From assembly GCA_963699755.1 (NCBI GenBank), contig CAVOVB010000002.1, forward strand, positions 128,001 through 192,000: 64,000 bases of DNA, in the 5' to 3' direction. Of this stretch, positions 1 to 9,711 are shown piece after piece. The stretch's first letter is position 1. The number at the start of each line of letters is the position of its first letter. The position numbers and the translations under genes were made by a program. Under the pieces are notes generated by a model. That model was not told the DNA's origin. It saw only the letters and a program-made list of their open reading frames with translations, and searched no databases. The DNA comes from an uncultured delta proteobacterium. GTDB taxonomy: Bacteria; Myxococcota_A; Polyangia; Polyangiales; Houyiibacteriaceae.

Positions 1-275
1 CGCTGGATGTTGAGCGACAGGTCTCTCGAAAACAACCGAGGTACGTGCGTGCCTACCGATGCACCGACGCTGGTGGTCACGCCGTAAATATTGATCTCGT
101 CCTCGTGGAGCCGTGCAATCAGATCGGCGCTGGCCTGCATTCGGCTGCGCGCGGCACCACTCAGTTGCGGGACCGCAACCCCCTCCGCGAGGGCGATGAT
201 ATCGTCGATGCTCAACGCCTCGGCGCCGACCTCGATAGCGAAGCGTGCCTCTCTCGAAGCCTCAGTCGCCGTCAT
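1..275 (-). CDS. Aromatic amino acid ammonia-lyase (HAL/PAL/TAL family), N-terminal part; runs off the window edge
   Basis: Manual translation from ATG at 275: MTATEASREARFAIEVGAEALSIDDIIALAEG...MQASADLIARLHEDEINIYGVTTSVGASV. This matches the 'L(S/T)I..+..+A...IYGVTTG(F/V)G' N-terminus of MIO lyases. The start overlaps the stop of the upstream acyltransferase. Absent from the ORF track. Confidence 0.8.
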   Translation of the reverse strand, partial: MTATEASREARFAIEVGAEALSIDDIIALAEGVAVPQLSGAARSRMQASADLIARLHEDEINIYGVTTSVGASVGTHVPRLFSRDLSLNIQ

Positions 276-1167
276 TGTCTCGTTCGCCCCAGAAGTCATA
301 GAAATTGAACCAGTTGTCGGGTGCTTTCCGGCAGAATCTCTCCACCGCCTTGGCATATTGCTGAACCATGTGTTGCAAGGCTTGACCCCGCTCGCCGCGG
401 GGTAGCTCGATGCGCTCCGCAAATGGTTCGCAATAGAGCTCGTAGCGATCTGGTTCGTAATATAGACCGAAAACCAGATAAACGGGGGCCCGAAGTGCCG
501 CAGCCAAAATGAAAGGCGCAGCGGGAAAAAGGGCAGATTTCCCGAAAAAATCGACGCTGACTGTCTTCTGGTTGAGCCCGATGCGATCTCCGAGGACCGC
601 GATCATGTGACCTTGCTCGAGGCGGTCTCGGATGGCGAGCGCAAAGGCGACCGGATCGTCGCCGACGTGAACCACGCTGTCGGCCATCTTCGGATCGATC
701 TCGGACAGGAGCGCGTTGATCATTCGGGCATTCTCGAAGTGTCCGACGATGCTCACCGGAAAGGACTCCTCGTCCGCGCTGACTCGCATCGCCTCGAAGC
801 TGCCGAGGTGCGCACCCAGAAGAATCGCGCCTCGCCGTTCCCGGGCGAGCTCGATTAGATGCTCGTTGCCGGTGCGAGTGATCTTGAACATCTTGGTCTT
901 GCCCTCGAGCAGGAAGATCCGATCGAGCGCCACCTGGGCGAAGATCGAGATGTGATGATAGACGTCGAGCCAGCCAACGGGACGAGCGTACACCCTCTCG
1001 AGCCAGGCCCACGACGCGCGCTTCGCGTTCTGGTCGAACGCCGCATAGAACAGCGCGACCAAGCGGACGAACTGCCGCGCCGGCCAGCGGCCGAATAGCG
1101 TCGCGAGCCAGAACACGAATCGAATGCCGAGCACGGCGCCGCGCTCCCGTTGGCTGAGCCAGGTCAC
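262..1167 (-). CDS. LpxL/HtrB-like acyltransferase of aryl-polyene clusters
   Basis: W...ERG N-terminus, GAHLGSFEAMR, LGDR, P.NWFNFYDFW C-terminus. Start placed at GTG 1167 (GTGA overlap with the upstream stop). Confidence 0.85.
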   Translation of the reverse strand: MTWLSQRERGAVLGIRFVFWLATLFGRWPARQFVRLVALFYAAFDQNAKRASWAWLERVYARPVGWLDVYHHISIFAQVALDRIFLLEGKTKMFKITRTGNEHLIELARERRGAILLGAHLGSFEAMRVSADEESFPVSIVGHFENARMINALLSEIDPKMADSVVHVGDDPVAFALAIRDRLEQGHMIAVLGDRIGLNQKTVSVDFFGKSALFPAAPFILAAALRAPVYLVFGLYYEPDRYELYCEPFAERIELPRGERGQALQHMVQQYAKAVERFCRKAPDNWFNFYDFWGERDNDGD

Positions 1168-1925
1168 GGCCCGAGCCTCAGCCGCCGTGTGAACCAGCGC
1201 CAAAGCCCGGCAACGCAGAGCCTCGTGTGCAGCCACGACAAACGCAAATTGTCGCCAAACGCCCTAAAGTGAGACGTCCCGCCTTCCTCTTGGCTCAGGT
1301 AGCGAACCCCGACGGGCAGGTTGATGACCGGAACGGCGGCGCGAGCCATGCGCACGGCGATCTCGACGTCGAAATCCATTCGATTCCCGCGAACCGGAAC
1401 CTCCATCGCCGCCACAAGCGGGTAGACCCGAAAGCCCACCATGGCGTCTCTGACGATGTCCGCCGAGCCGAGCTCGAGGCTCACCCAGAACTGGGTGATT
1501 CGCCGCGCGAGGAGACGCCCCTTGGGTGCGCTGGTATCGTAGATTGGATAGCCGAGGAGAAGTGCGTCGGGACGCGCCCGTGCCTGGTCTAGGAATGCTG
1601 GAATGCGCCCTAGGTCATGTTGCCCGTCCGCATCGACCTGGAGCGCGTGGCTGAATCCGAGCTCTCTTGCGACTTCGAACCCGGCCTTCACTGCGGCTCC
1701 CTTGCCACCATTGCTCTTGCGCCTGGTGACATGGGCCAAGCCTTCCTCGGCGATCGCCGCACAGGCGAGCCGGCCCAGATCGTCGCTGCCATCATCGATG
1801 ACGATGACATCCGGACAGTGCTGACGGGCGCGGGTGACGACGTCGTGGATGGTCACCGGATTGTCGTACGTTGGCACGATCACGCAGGGGCGAAATCTTT
1901 CTGGCACATCCCCGGTCACGTGCAT
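1164..1925 (-). CDS. Glycosyltransferase family 2 (aryl-polyene cluster type)
   Basis: VIVPTYD, VIDDGSDD, NGGKGAA, QVDADGQHD, GFRVYPL, RMDFDVEI. The start may be GTG at 1919. Confidence 0.88.
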   Translation of the reverse strand: MHVTGDVPERFRPCVIVPTYDNPVTIHDVVTRARQHCPDVIVIDDGSDDLGRLACAAIAEEGLAHVTRRKSNGGKGAAVKAGFEVARELGFSHALQVDADGQHDLGRIPAFLDQARARPDALLLGYPIYDTSAPKGRLLARRITQFWVSLELGSADIVRDAMVGFRVYPLVAAMEVPVRGNRMDFDVEIAVRMARAAVPVINLPVGVRYLSQEEGGTSHFRAFGDNLRLSWLHTRLCVAGLWRWFTRRLRLGP

Positions 1926-3625
1926 TCCTCTTCAAAGACGATGCGCCCCCCGGAGCAAACCTTGTCTCCGCGGCTCAAGGTGAAGTCGACTGCCGGTTTG
2001 CCTAGGGTCCAACTCAACGTCAGCTCGAGTTGGTCGTCTGGGACGATGCGACCGAGGAACTTGAGCCTGCGAACCGCTCGAACCGCTCCGAGGTCGGGGC
2101 GAAGCGCCCGTACGCGCGGCAGCACGAGGTCGTGGAGTTGGAAGGCTGCAGCCAAGATCGGATAACCGGGGAAGTGCCCTTCGAAAGCGCCATAGGTATC
2201 CGGGACATGAACGGACACACGCTGCGAGACCCTGCCCTCGTCGACGCTCTCGACCACCTCACCCCAGTCGAGGTCCCAGCGGATCGGCTTGTCCTCCGCG
2301 TTGAGCCCAAAGAGCTGCAAAATGCGGCGGCGTGGGAGCTTGCCGTTGTCTTCGCGCGGAAGACGATCGGTCAACAAGATGCGACGCGGAAGCGCGGAGG
2401 CCTGGAAGCTCAGAGCCATGGCCTCTCGCAAGCGCCGTGCAGTCCAGTTTGGCGCGACGACCGCAGCGAGCAACTGCACATCGCGGAGGCCCTCGGTCCG
2501 GACAGCAACCAGTGCGGCATCGTCCACACCCTGCTGTTCGTAGAGCCATTGCTCCATCGCCGGGAGGGAGACGCGTTGACCGCCGATCTTGACGATGCCG
2601 TCCGCCCGACCGAGGTGCAACAAGCTCCCATCAGGCTGCAGTTTCGCGAGGTCGGCGGTGCGAACCGGCGCATCCCCAGCTACAAACGGCGAGCGAACCC
2701 AGAGGATCCCGTCTTGGTCGACATCGATCTCGACCTCGGGAAGAGGCTGCCACGCTTCCATGGGTGGGCGCTCGCGCCATGCGATACCACCGGTTTCAGT
2801 CGAGCCGAGGATCTCCGTCACCGGCATTTGATGCACGCTGAAAAACGCTTGCGCAGTCTTGGCCCGGAGCGGGGCGGTGGAACAAAACACCCGCCTCAGA
2901 GACGCAAGGGATTCCGCGTCGACGTTGCTGAGCCCACTGAGGTGCGCCGGCACGGTGACCAAGCTGCGCGCGCGGTAGGCCTTGACCTTGCTGGCGATCG
3001 CCTCCGCGTGAAATGGCGTCTCGCGGATGAAGGCGCCGCCGCTGACCAGTGGCACGAGCACCGAAAAGAGCAATCCGTAGATATGGGAGGGCTGCGCGCT
3101 GGCGACCAGTCGCTCTCCGGGAGCCGCGCCGAACGCCTCTGCCAAGACCACGGCTTCCGTCATAAGCTGGGCCTCGCTCTTGGGGCAAGGGGTCATCGCG
3201 CTCTCGGTGCCGGAGGTAAAAACGGTGGCGACCGTCGCGCGAGTAGGCACCGTCACCGCGGCCAAGCCCTGCCCTCGAGGTCGAGCCGACGCAAACGGCT
3301 CGATGCGGATGGGCCTTCCCGCGTCCGTATCGTGCAGCATCGCAACCACGTCGGGGCGACCGAGGACGCTCAGCACCGAGTCCCGGCTGGTGTTCGGCGG
3401 CAGGGCGACGCCGTGCCCCGCAGCCCATGCGCCCAGAAGCGAGGTCGCAAAGGCGTAGCGGTCATTCTTGAAAACAAGCAGGACCTGCGAACCCTCTGTC
3501 GGTGGAGGGAGCTCGGCGACGAGCATGGCTGCGTCCGCAAGCAAGTCCGCGGCGCTTCGCTCCCCGCCCCGGCCGAACGCAACCAAGTCGGTCGCCGCAT
3601 GCCGCCCGAGCAATGGAGCGTTCAT
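1916..3625 (-). CDS. AMP-dependent acyl-CoA/acyl-ACP ligase fused to a C-terminal hotdog (FabZ/ApeI-like) dehydratase
   Basis: FTSGT, HIYGLLF, ILGSTETGGIAWR, LGRADGIVKIGG, NGKL. C-terminal FEGHFPGYPILAA...LKFLGRIVP dehydratase motif. Confidence 0.85.
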   Translation of the reverse strand: MNAPLLGRHAATDLVAFGRGGERSAADLLADAAMLVAELPPPTEGSQVLLVFKNDRYAFATSLLGAWAAGHGVALPPNTSRDSVLSVLGRPDVVAMLHDTDAGRPIRIEPFASARPRGQGLAAVTVPTRATVATVFTSGTESAMTPCPKSEAQLMTEAVVLAEAFGAAPGERLVASAQPSHIYGLLFSVLVPLVSGGAFIRETPFHAEAIASKVKAYRARSLVTVPAHLSGLSNVDAESLASLRRVFCSTAPLRAKTAQAFFSVHQMPVTEILGSTETGGIAWRERPPMEAWQPLPEVEIDVDQDGILWVRSPFVAGDAPVRTADLAKLQPDGSLLHLGRADGIVKIGGQRVSLPAMEQWLYEQQGVDDAALVAVRTEGLRDVQLLAAVVAPNWTARRLREAMALSFQASALPRRILLTDRLPREDNGKLPRRRILQLFGLNAEDKPIRWDLDWGEVVESVDEGRVSQRVSVHVPDTYGAFEGHFPGYPILAAAFQLHDLVLPRVRALRPDLGAVRAVRRLKFLGRIVPDDQLELTLSWTLGKPAVDFTLSRGDKVCSGGRIVFEEECT

Positions 3626-4236
3626 CGACCATTCTCTCCGGAAGAAGCCGATTCCCGCAGCGCCTCGTCACGAACGCCACCAAACTTCAAGTGGCGAAGC
3701 AGGAGCTCGACGGCAAACAAGAGACCGATCAGGCCGTAGGCGATCAGACCGTTGTAGAGCGTCCACCATTGCAGAGGTGCGAGAAGGGCGAGGGCAGCAG
3801 CGACGGCGGCATTGAGCGCGAAGAAGCCGCACCAAATCCAGGTCCAGTTCCGACACCAGCTCGCCTTGGCATCCGACAGCTCAGGCTCCTGCAGGCGCGC
3901 GAAGCGCTCGATCATCGGTGGACCCCAGTGAAGCGTCGGTCCAAAGGTGGCGAGCAAGCCGAGGTTCACGAAAACCGGCACAGCCAAGATGAAGCCCGCC
4001 GCATCGAGGGCTGCACTCAACGAGAGAAGCCCAACCGTAACCAAGGGTACGAAGGCAATCGCTCGAACCTCCGAAGCTCCATACCTCTTGAGACGCGCGA
4101 TCGCCGCCGGCGCAATCAAGACCAGAAGCACGAGCGCGGCGGCTCGGGGGTCCCAGCGGCTCAGGCCCACGTAGACAGCGAACGGGTACAGTAGCAATGC
4201 GAGCGCGGCGACGATCTGGACAGTCCTTCCAAACAT
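3622..4236 (-). CDS. Membrane protein typical of aryl-polyene clusters (COG4648-like)
   Basis: LLYPFAVY, PVFVN, PPMIERFAR, W.GFFALNA, WTLYNGLIAY; multiple TM segments. Confidence 0.8.
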   Translation of the reverse strand: MFGRTVQIVAALALLLYPFAVYVGLSRWDPRAAALVLLVLIAPAAIARLKRYGASEVRAIAFVPLVTVGLLSLSAALDAAGFILAVPVFVNLGLLATFGPTLHWGPPMIERFARLQEPELSDAKASWCRNWTWIWCGFFALNAAVAAALALLAPLQWWTLYNGLIAYGLIGLLFAVELLLRHLKFGGVRDEALRESASSGENGR

Positions 4237-4245
4237 CGCGTGGGG

Positions 4246-4554
4246 TCACTGCGCTTTCGACTGCTGCTCCTCGCCGATCGCCGGGGCGCTTGGATTCGCT
4301 TGCTCCGCCCGGATGAAATCCGACAAGCTCTTCACGGAGAAGAAGATTTCGCGGTTGCGCTCGTCCTCGGCCGAGGTGCGAACCCCAAACTCCTTGTGGA
4401 CGGCCAACGCGAGCTCGAGCGCATCGATTGAATCCAAGCCCAGGCCCTCGACGAAAAGCGGCGCCTCATCCTCGATTTCCTCGGGAACGACGTCGTCCAA
4501 CATCAACGCTTCAACGATGAGCCGCTTGAGCCGACTCTCGATTGATTCCAGCAT
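4246..4554 (-). CDS. Acyl carrier protein
   Basis: PLFVEGLGLDSIDALELAL phosphopantetheine attachment motif; small and acidic. Confidence 0.92.
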   Translation of the reverse strand: MLESIESRLKRLIVEALMLDDVVPEEIEDEAPLFVEGLGLDSIDALELALAVHKEFGVRTSAEDERNREIFFSVKSLSDFIRAEQANPSAPAIGEEQQSKAQ

Positions 4555-5335
4555 TGTACCCTTCTAACTCCCTGGCCGAATCCACCTTCAGACGCGCATG
4601 AAACGTGCTCTCTACCACATCCTTAAGTGCCCGGCTAGAGCCCTCAAGCTCGCTCGGATAGATCGGAGACAAGGCCTGGAGACGCAGCTGCGTGGGGCCC
4701 TTGGGCATGGCGAAAAGCCGACAATTTTTCGACAGCCAGGGGTGCTTCCAGTGCAAGAGCACCGGCACGACGGGAACGTCGGCGCGACATGCGATCTCAA
4801 AGGCGGTCCGTCCGAAGGGTAGCAGTTGATCGTCAGGCGCGCGGGTGCCCTCGGGAAACAGAAGGAACCTGGTCCCGCGCCGGGCGCTCCTCGCCGCGGC
4901 ATCGAGCATATTCCCCAGGTCCAAGGGATTGATCGATGCCCCTTCGATGAACCCTGCGCTCTCGATCAATGGTCGCAACCACCACATGCGGTAGATCTGC
5001 GGCTTCACTGCGGCCGTCATCGGTCCGAAGGACGCCATGATCGAGGTGATGTCGGTGAGGGTTCGATGATTCGCGACCACGATGCAAGGGCCCTCAGGAA
5101 GAGCGCCTTCGACTTCCCTCGGATTGAAGTCGATGATGCGAATCACCCGCAGCCAGTCGTGCATGGTGCGGAACCCCCAGCAGACAATCCCTTGCAGGCG
5201 TGTCGCACGGGCGTCGGGATCGCGCGTGGGAAGCAAGCTCAGCAAGGTCAGGACGGCATAGCCTACGGGCGCCAGCACGATGAAGTAGACCGCCAGCGAC
5301 ACGATGACCAGGAGAAATCGCCAGGCTCTGCGCAA
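4511..5335 (-). CDS. Lysophospholipid (PlsC-like) acyltransferase
   Basis: NHRTLTD (HX4D) and FPEGTR motifs; N-terminal TM segment. Confidence 0.88.
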   Translation of the reverse strand: MRRAWRFLLVIVSLAVYFIVLAPVGYAVLTLLSLLPTRDPDARATRLQGIVCWGFRTMHDWLRVIRIIDFNPREVEGALPEGPCIVVANHRTLTDITSIMASFGPMTAAVKPQIYRMWWLRPLIESAGFIEGASINPLDLGNMLDAAARSARRGTRFLLFPEGTRAPDDQLLPFGRTAFEIACRADVPVVPVLLHWKHPWLSKNCRLFAMPKGPTQLRLQALSPIYPSELEGSSRALKDVVESTFHARLKVDSARELEGYNAGINRESAQAAHR

Positions 5336-5425
5336 GGCGAGAAACTATCATCGAGCCATACCCTCGTCAACGCCGCGGCTAGCGTGTATAGAGCAGAACC
5401 AAACGCTTTGTTGGAGAGGCGGAGG

Positions 5426-7198
5426 ATGCAAACCTCGTTCGATGTGTTGATCTGCGGTGCCGGCATGGCCGGCCTTACGCTGGCACGCCAGTTGCGCCGC
5501 GAGCACTCGGAGCTGAGCATCGCAGCCGTCGACAGAACGAGCCGCCCACTTCCGGAAGCTGCGCACAAGGTCGGCGAGTCGAGCGTGGAGCTCGGCTCTC
5601 AGTACCTGGAGCGTCTAGGCCTCCGCGAATACCTGGAGAAAAATCATCTTCTCAAGTTTGGGCTTCGTTTCTACCCGGGCGGGGGGCATTTGCCGCTCGA
5701 GGAACGAACTGAAATCGGTCCATCTTCGGAGCCCATCGTTCAGTCGTACCAGATCGATCGGGGGATCTTCGAGTCCGACCTGCGCGCCATGTTGGTCGAA
5801 GACGGCGTCACCCTCTTCGAGGGCCACACCGTCACCGAAGTGGAGCTGGGCGTCGGCGAACAAGAGCATCGGGTTCAGGTGCTGGGTCCTTCCGGGAATA
5901 TTGGGTTGCAGGCACGTTGGCTCATCGACGCAACGGGGCGCGCGGCATTCCTTCGCCGCAAGATGAAGCTGACGCGCCGCACGGGCCATTCATCATCGTC
6001 GGGATGGTTTCGAGTAAAGGGCAAGCTCGACGTCAACGAGCTCGTCCCCGACGACGTTCGCAACTGGCACGATAAGGCCTTTGCCTCCGAGCGATGGCGC
6101 TCGACCAACCACCTGATGGGCGATGGCTACTGGGTCTGGATCATCCCGCTGTCGTCGGGCAACACCAGTGTCGGCGTCGTCGCACACTCGGAGTACCACG
6201 ACTTCAAGCGGGTTCAGACCTTGGATCGGCTCCGCGATTTCATCGCGGAGCACGAGCCTGTGCTCGCCAAGCATTTGGCCGAGCGCGAGGTGCTCGATTT
6301 CCTCTGCATTCGTGACTACAGCCACACGCTCGGCCGCTGCTGGTCGGTGGACCGCTGGGGCATCGTCGGCGAAGCTGGCGCATTCGTCGACCCCCTCTAC
6401 AGTCCGGGCAACGACTTCATCGCGCTCGCAAACTCGTTCACCGAAGAGCTCATTCGGGTCGACTTGGCCGGAGAAGACCTCGAAACGCGCACTCGAGAGC
6501 TCAACATCCAGTATCGCGTGCTCGTCGCCGGCGCGCTTGACATCTTTCGAGACGCAGCTCCCATCTACGGGCACGCGCCCGCCATGTTGGCAAAGGTCTA
6601 CTGGGACAATTTCTCGTATTGGACGTTCCTCTGTCAGTACTTCCTGCGCGAGATCTACAGGCTCAGCGGTGCCAAGCACACGGTACAGGTCGAAGCCGGC
6701 CAGCGTATCTTCGAGATCTCCAACTACGTCCAGTTGCTTCTGCGTCAGTGGGCGCTGGTCGCACCGTGCGAGCCCGAGGCTCGTTTCGAGGACGTGCCAG
6801 CCTTTCCATCCATCCTGGTCGATACGCACGTGGCGCTCCAGGACGACATGACGCCAGACGAAACTCTCGCATACGTTCGCAAACGAGCGCGGGAGGCGGA
6901 GGAAATCGCAGGAGAGCTCCTGGTCAAGGTCGTCTCTCAACTCGGCGAGCCCAAAGCACGCGAGCTCGTGTCCAGGCTCGGCCTCGATCGCTGGACGCTC
7001 CGCATCAGGGCGGGTCGCATTCGAGCCGAAAAAGAAAAGGGCCTGGCCCGTCGCCGCGCCTTGTCATCCGTCGCCAGGGATGTCGAACGCGCTCTGGGGC
7101 GCACCCCGGCGAGGACCGATGAAGCGATGATGTTCGAGCTTCTAGGGCCCGTGCTTGCCGAGACCGAATCGGAATCCCTTCTGCGAGCCGGAGTGTGA
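5426..7198 (+). CDS. FAD-dependent halogenase
   Basis: ATG at 5426 after a purine-rich RBS region. GAGMAG, HKVGES, LLKFG (candidate catalytic Lys), WVWIIP (WxWxIP) and FVDPLYSPG (FxxPxxSxG). The N-terminal extension of the ORF-track call from 4826 is spurious. Confidence 0.8.
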   Translation: MQTSFDVLICGAGMAGLTLARQLRREHSELSIAAVDRTSRPLPEAAHKVGESSVELGSQYLERLGLREYLEKNHLLKFGLRFYPGGGHLPLEERTEIGPSSEPIVQSYQIDRGIFESDLRAMLVEDGVTLFEGHTVTEVELGVGEQEHRVQVLGPSGNIGLQARWLIDATGRAAFLRRKMKLTRRTGHSSSSGWFRVKGKLDVNELVPDDVRNWHDKAFASERWRSTNHLMGDGYWVWIIPLSSGNTSVGVVAHSEYHDFKRVQTLDRLRDFIAEHEPVLAKHLAEREVLDFLCIRDYSHTLGRCWSVDRWGIVGEAGAFVDPLYSPGNDFIALANSFTEELIRVDLAGEDLETRTRELNIQYRVLVAGALDIFRDAAPIYGHAPAMLAKVYWDNFSYWTFLCQYFLREIYRLSGAKHTVQVEAGQRIFEISNYVQLLLRQWALVAPCEPEARFEDVPAFPSILVDTHVALQDDMTPDETLAYVRKRAREAEEIAGELLVKVVSQLGEPKARELVSRLGLDRWTLRIRAGRIRAEKEKGLARRRALSSVARDVERALGRTPARTDEAMMFELLGPVLAETESESLLRAGV

Positions 7199-8217
7199 GC
7201 GCCTCTGCCGAAGAGCAAGAGGCAGCCCTGAAGCTTCTGAAGTTGCTCGGCGGCAAGTGGGTCGCAGCGGCTATCTCGGCCGCGGCCCAGCTCGGGATCG
7301 CCGAGGCCCTCGAAAACGGACCCATGGCTGATACCGAGCTCGCAACGAGGATCGGTTGTGACCAGGATGCGCTCAGCCGACTACTGGGCGCGCTTGCCGC
7401 GGAAGGCTTGCTCGAAACCGACGAGATGGGACGCTTTCGAACCACTGTGCTGGGCGCACAGCTTCGGCAGCGGGCACTCGGACCGCTTGCACGATACGTG
7501 GGTGCTCCGTTTTCCTGGTCGCCATGGCTCCGCCTCAAAGAGGCGGTGCAGACTGGGGAGGCGGCCTTCGAGATCGAGCATGGCCAGAAGCTGTTCGACT
7601 ATCTCGCTGACCACCCCGCGGAGTCGGAGATCTACAACGCCGGCGTGGACGCGTTCACACGGCATGACGCCCGGGCGCTCGCCACGGCGTTCGATTTTTC
7701 CGGCTTCGAAACCGTGGCCGACATCGGCGGGGGAATGGGAACGCTGTTGATCGAGCTTCTCCGAGGATGGCCTCATCTACGCGGAGTCCTTTTCGACAAG
7801 GAGCACGTCGTCTGTGCTGCCGAATCACGCTTGCGTGAAGCCGGGGTGCTCTCTCGCTGCAGCAGCCTAGCCGGTGATTTCTTCGTCGAGGTGCCCGCCG
7901 GCGTGGACCTCTACATCGTCAGGCACATCGTGCACAACTGGGGCGACGCCGAGGCAGCGCTGATTCTGCGGAACTGCGCAACCGCTCTTCGGCCCGGTGG
8001 CAAGGTCCTGGTCGTCGAGGGCATCGTTTTGCCGGGGCATCGCAAAGACACGACGCGGCTGCTCGACCTGGAGATGATGGTCCTGTCGGGAACGGGGCGG
8101 GAGCGAAGCAAACCAGAATTCCGGCGGCTCTTCAGTGAAGCCGGACTGCGCCTTGCGTCTACGATTCCGCTTGCAAGCACGGCCCGCTTGATCGTCGGTG
8201 AACCTCGACAAGGCTAG
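7195..8217 (+). CDS. SAM-dependent O-methyltransferase with dimerisation domain
   Basis: VADIGGGMG, GDFF, RHIVHNWGD, GRERS; GTGA coupling to the halogenase. Confidence 0.88.
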   Translation: MSASAEEQEAALKLLKLLGGKWVAAAISAAAQLGIAEALENGPMADTELATRIGCDQDALSRLLGALAAEGLLETDEMGRFRTTVLGAQLRQRALGPLARYVGAPFSWSPWLRLKEAVQTGEAAFEIEHGQKLFDYLADHPAESEIYNAGVDAFTRHDARALATAFDFSGFETVADIGGGMGTLLIELLRGWPHLRGVLFDKEHVVCAAESRLREAGVLSRCSSLAGDFFVEVPAGVDLYIVRHIVHNWGDAEAALILRNCATALRPGGKVLVVEGIVLPGHRKDTTRLLDLEMMVLSGTGRERSKPEFRRLFSEAGLRLASTIPLASTARLIVGEPRQG

Positions 8218-8239
8218 ACCGATATGTGACAAAAGGCGC

Positions 8240-9529
8240 ATGTCACCTGGTCCCCGGCGAGGGGTTCGTATCGATGCGCTGCATCAATGCCTGCTCATCG
8301 TGCTCATCGCTGCAGAGCTCGGCGGCTGCGCCAACTTCCGGCGGCTCCGTAGGAATCTCGAGGAAATGGAGCGAACCGGCACCGTCTCGGGACGCGTGAA
8401 AGCCGGAGACTGGAAAGGCGGCCCCATCGACGTGTACTTGTTCGACGTGGACGAGCATGTCGGCAAGCCGGTCCGCATCAGCCAGTATCAGACGCTCAAG
8501 GAACCAGGGAAATACTCGTTCGGAGTGCGTCCGGGATACTACATGATCGGCGCGGCCGAGGACTTGAACGCTGACGGCGAGCTCAACCCGGGCGAGCCAC
8601 ATGCCGTCTACAACGACTTCGAGATCCTCAACATCGCTCCCAAGGGCAGGCGTTCCAGGTTGGACATGAAGCTCAGCGAAGAGCGGGCGCCGGCTCTGGA
8701 TCGGGTCGCGGCACAAGGCGTACCCGTGCGGTACGAGCTGCAGATGGGAGCGCTGGCAACGCTCGACGACCCGCGCTTCGACCCATCGAGCGGGCCACTC
8801 GGGATGTGGCAACCTCGCGATTTCTTCGATAAGTATGGCGCGGGCGTGTTCATGTTACAGGAGTACGCTGCGGGGAAGACGCCCGTACTGTTCATCCATG
8901 GCATGTCAGGGCACCCGCGCGAATTCACGACGCTGATCGAGGGGCTCGATCCCGCGCTCTATCAGGCCTGGGTCTTCCAGTACCCGAGCGGTGTTCGGAT
9001 CCAGTCCGCTGTGGACGCGCTTCAGAAGATCTTGGAATCCATGCATGCGAAACAGGGATTCGACCGGCTCTGCATCGTGGCCCACAGCATGGGCGGGCTC
9101 CTCGCCCATCAGCTCGTCCGCGACCAAGTCGACGCACACACCGACCGCTACGTCCGATTTCTCGCCACGATCGCCTCGCCACTCGGCGGGATTCCGAGCG
9201 CTGACACCGGGGTCCGAATGGCGCCCGAAGTCGTACCCGCCTGGCGCGATGTCGGGCCCAAAAGCGAATTCGTTCGGTTCCTCTTCGATAGGCCCTTCCC
9301 GCCCGACCTCGAGTACGTGCTCTACTTCGCGTTCGGAAGCAGCTCCAAGCGATCCAAGCAGGGAACGGACGGCACGGTGCTGGTCCGGGACGCGCTGCCT
9401 CGGCAAGCGCAGGATTGCGCAACGGTCGTTTCAGGGTTTGCGGAGACGCATGCGGGAATCCTCTGGAGCTCGGCCACGGTCGCGCAGCTCAACAAGGACT
9501 TGGCGGCGCTCTGCCTCGCCGACGACTGA
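8240..9529 (+). CDS. Secreted/lipoprotein alpha/beta hydrolase (lipase/esterase-like)
   Basis: LGGC lipobox-like, VLFIHGMSG, AHSMGG nucleophile elbow, DGTV, ETHAGIL. Start uncertain. Confidence 0.75.
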   Translation: MSPGPRRGVRIDALHQCLLIVLIAAELGGCANFRRLRRNLEEMERTGTVSGRVKAGDWKGGPIDVYLFDVDEHVGKPVRISQYQTLKEPGKYSFGVRPGYYMIGAAEDLNADGELNPGEPHAVYNDFEILNIAPKGRRSRLDMKLSEERAPALDRVAAQGVPVRYELQMGALATLDDPRFDPSSGPLGMWQPRDFFDKYGAGVFMLQEYAAGKTPVLFIHGMSGHPREFTTLIEGLDPALYQAWVFQYPSGVRIQSAVDALQKILESMHAKQGFDRLCIVAHSMGGLLAHQLVRDQVDAHTDRYVRFLATIASPLGGIPSADTGVRMAPEVVPAWRDVGPKSEFVRFLFDRPFPPDLEYVLYFAFGSSSKRSKQGTDGTVLVRDALPRQAQDCATVVSGFAETHAGILWSSATVAQLNKDLAALCLADD

Positions 9530-9711
9530 GCCTGGTCCCCGGTTCTCGGCCGAGGCCTTGCGCTGTCGGCACGGAGCTCATACGTCGTGCCCTCGGCGAG
9601 GGTGATCTCGTCATCGAAGCTACTCCCAGTTGTCTCGGCCTGGGCCCTTGTAGACGAGCTGGCTTCGAATTCGGTCCTCGCTGCGACGGTTTCGTGTCAG
9701 TACTTGCGGAA

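Noticed and set aside
2030..3739. 569-aa plus-strand ORF, and similar long antisense ORFs (e.g. 28636-29697, 40592-42034, 42300-43784, 50770-51960, 53154-54773)
   Set aside because: Shadow ORFs opposite motif-bearing genes; expected in high-GC DNA and lacking recognisable motifs.
4826..5425. N-terminal 200-aa extension of the halogenase ORF
   Set aside because: Overlaps the antisense acyltransferase; the FAD-binding motif and RBS place the start at 5426.
9530..9711. Possible gene remnant on the minus strand (LVYKGPGRDNWE* / FDDEITLAEGTTYELRA in different frames)
   Set aside because: Too short, with no start and no recognisable family; cannot support a pseudogene call.
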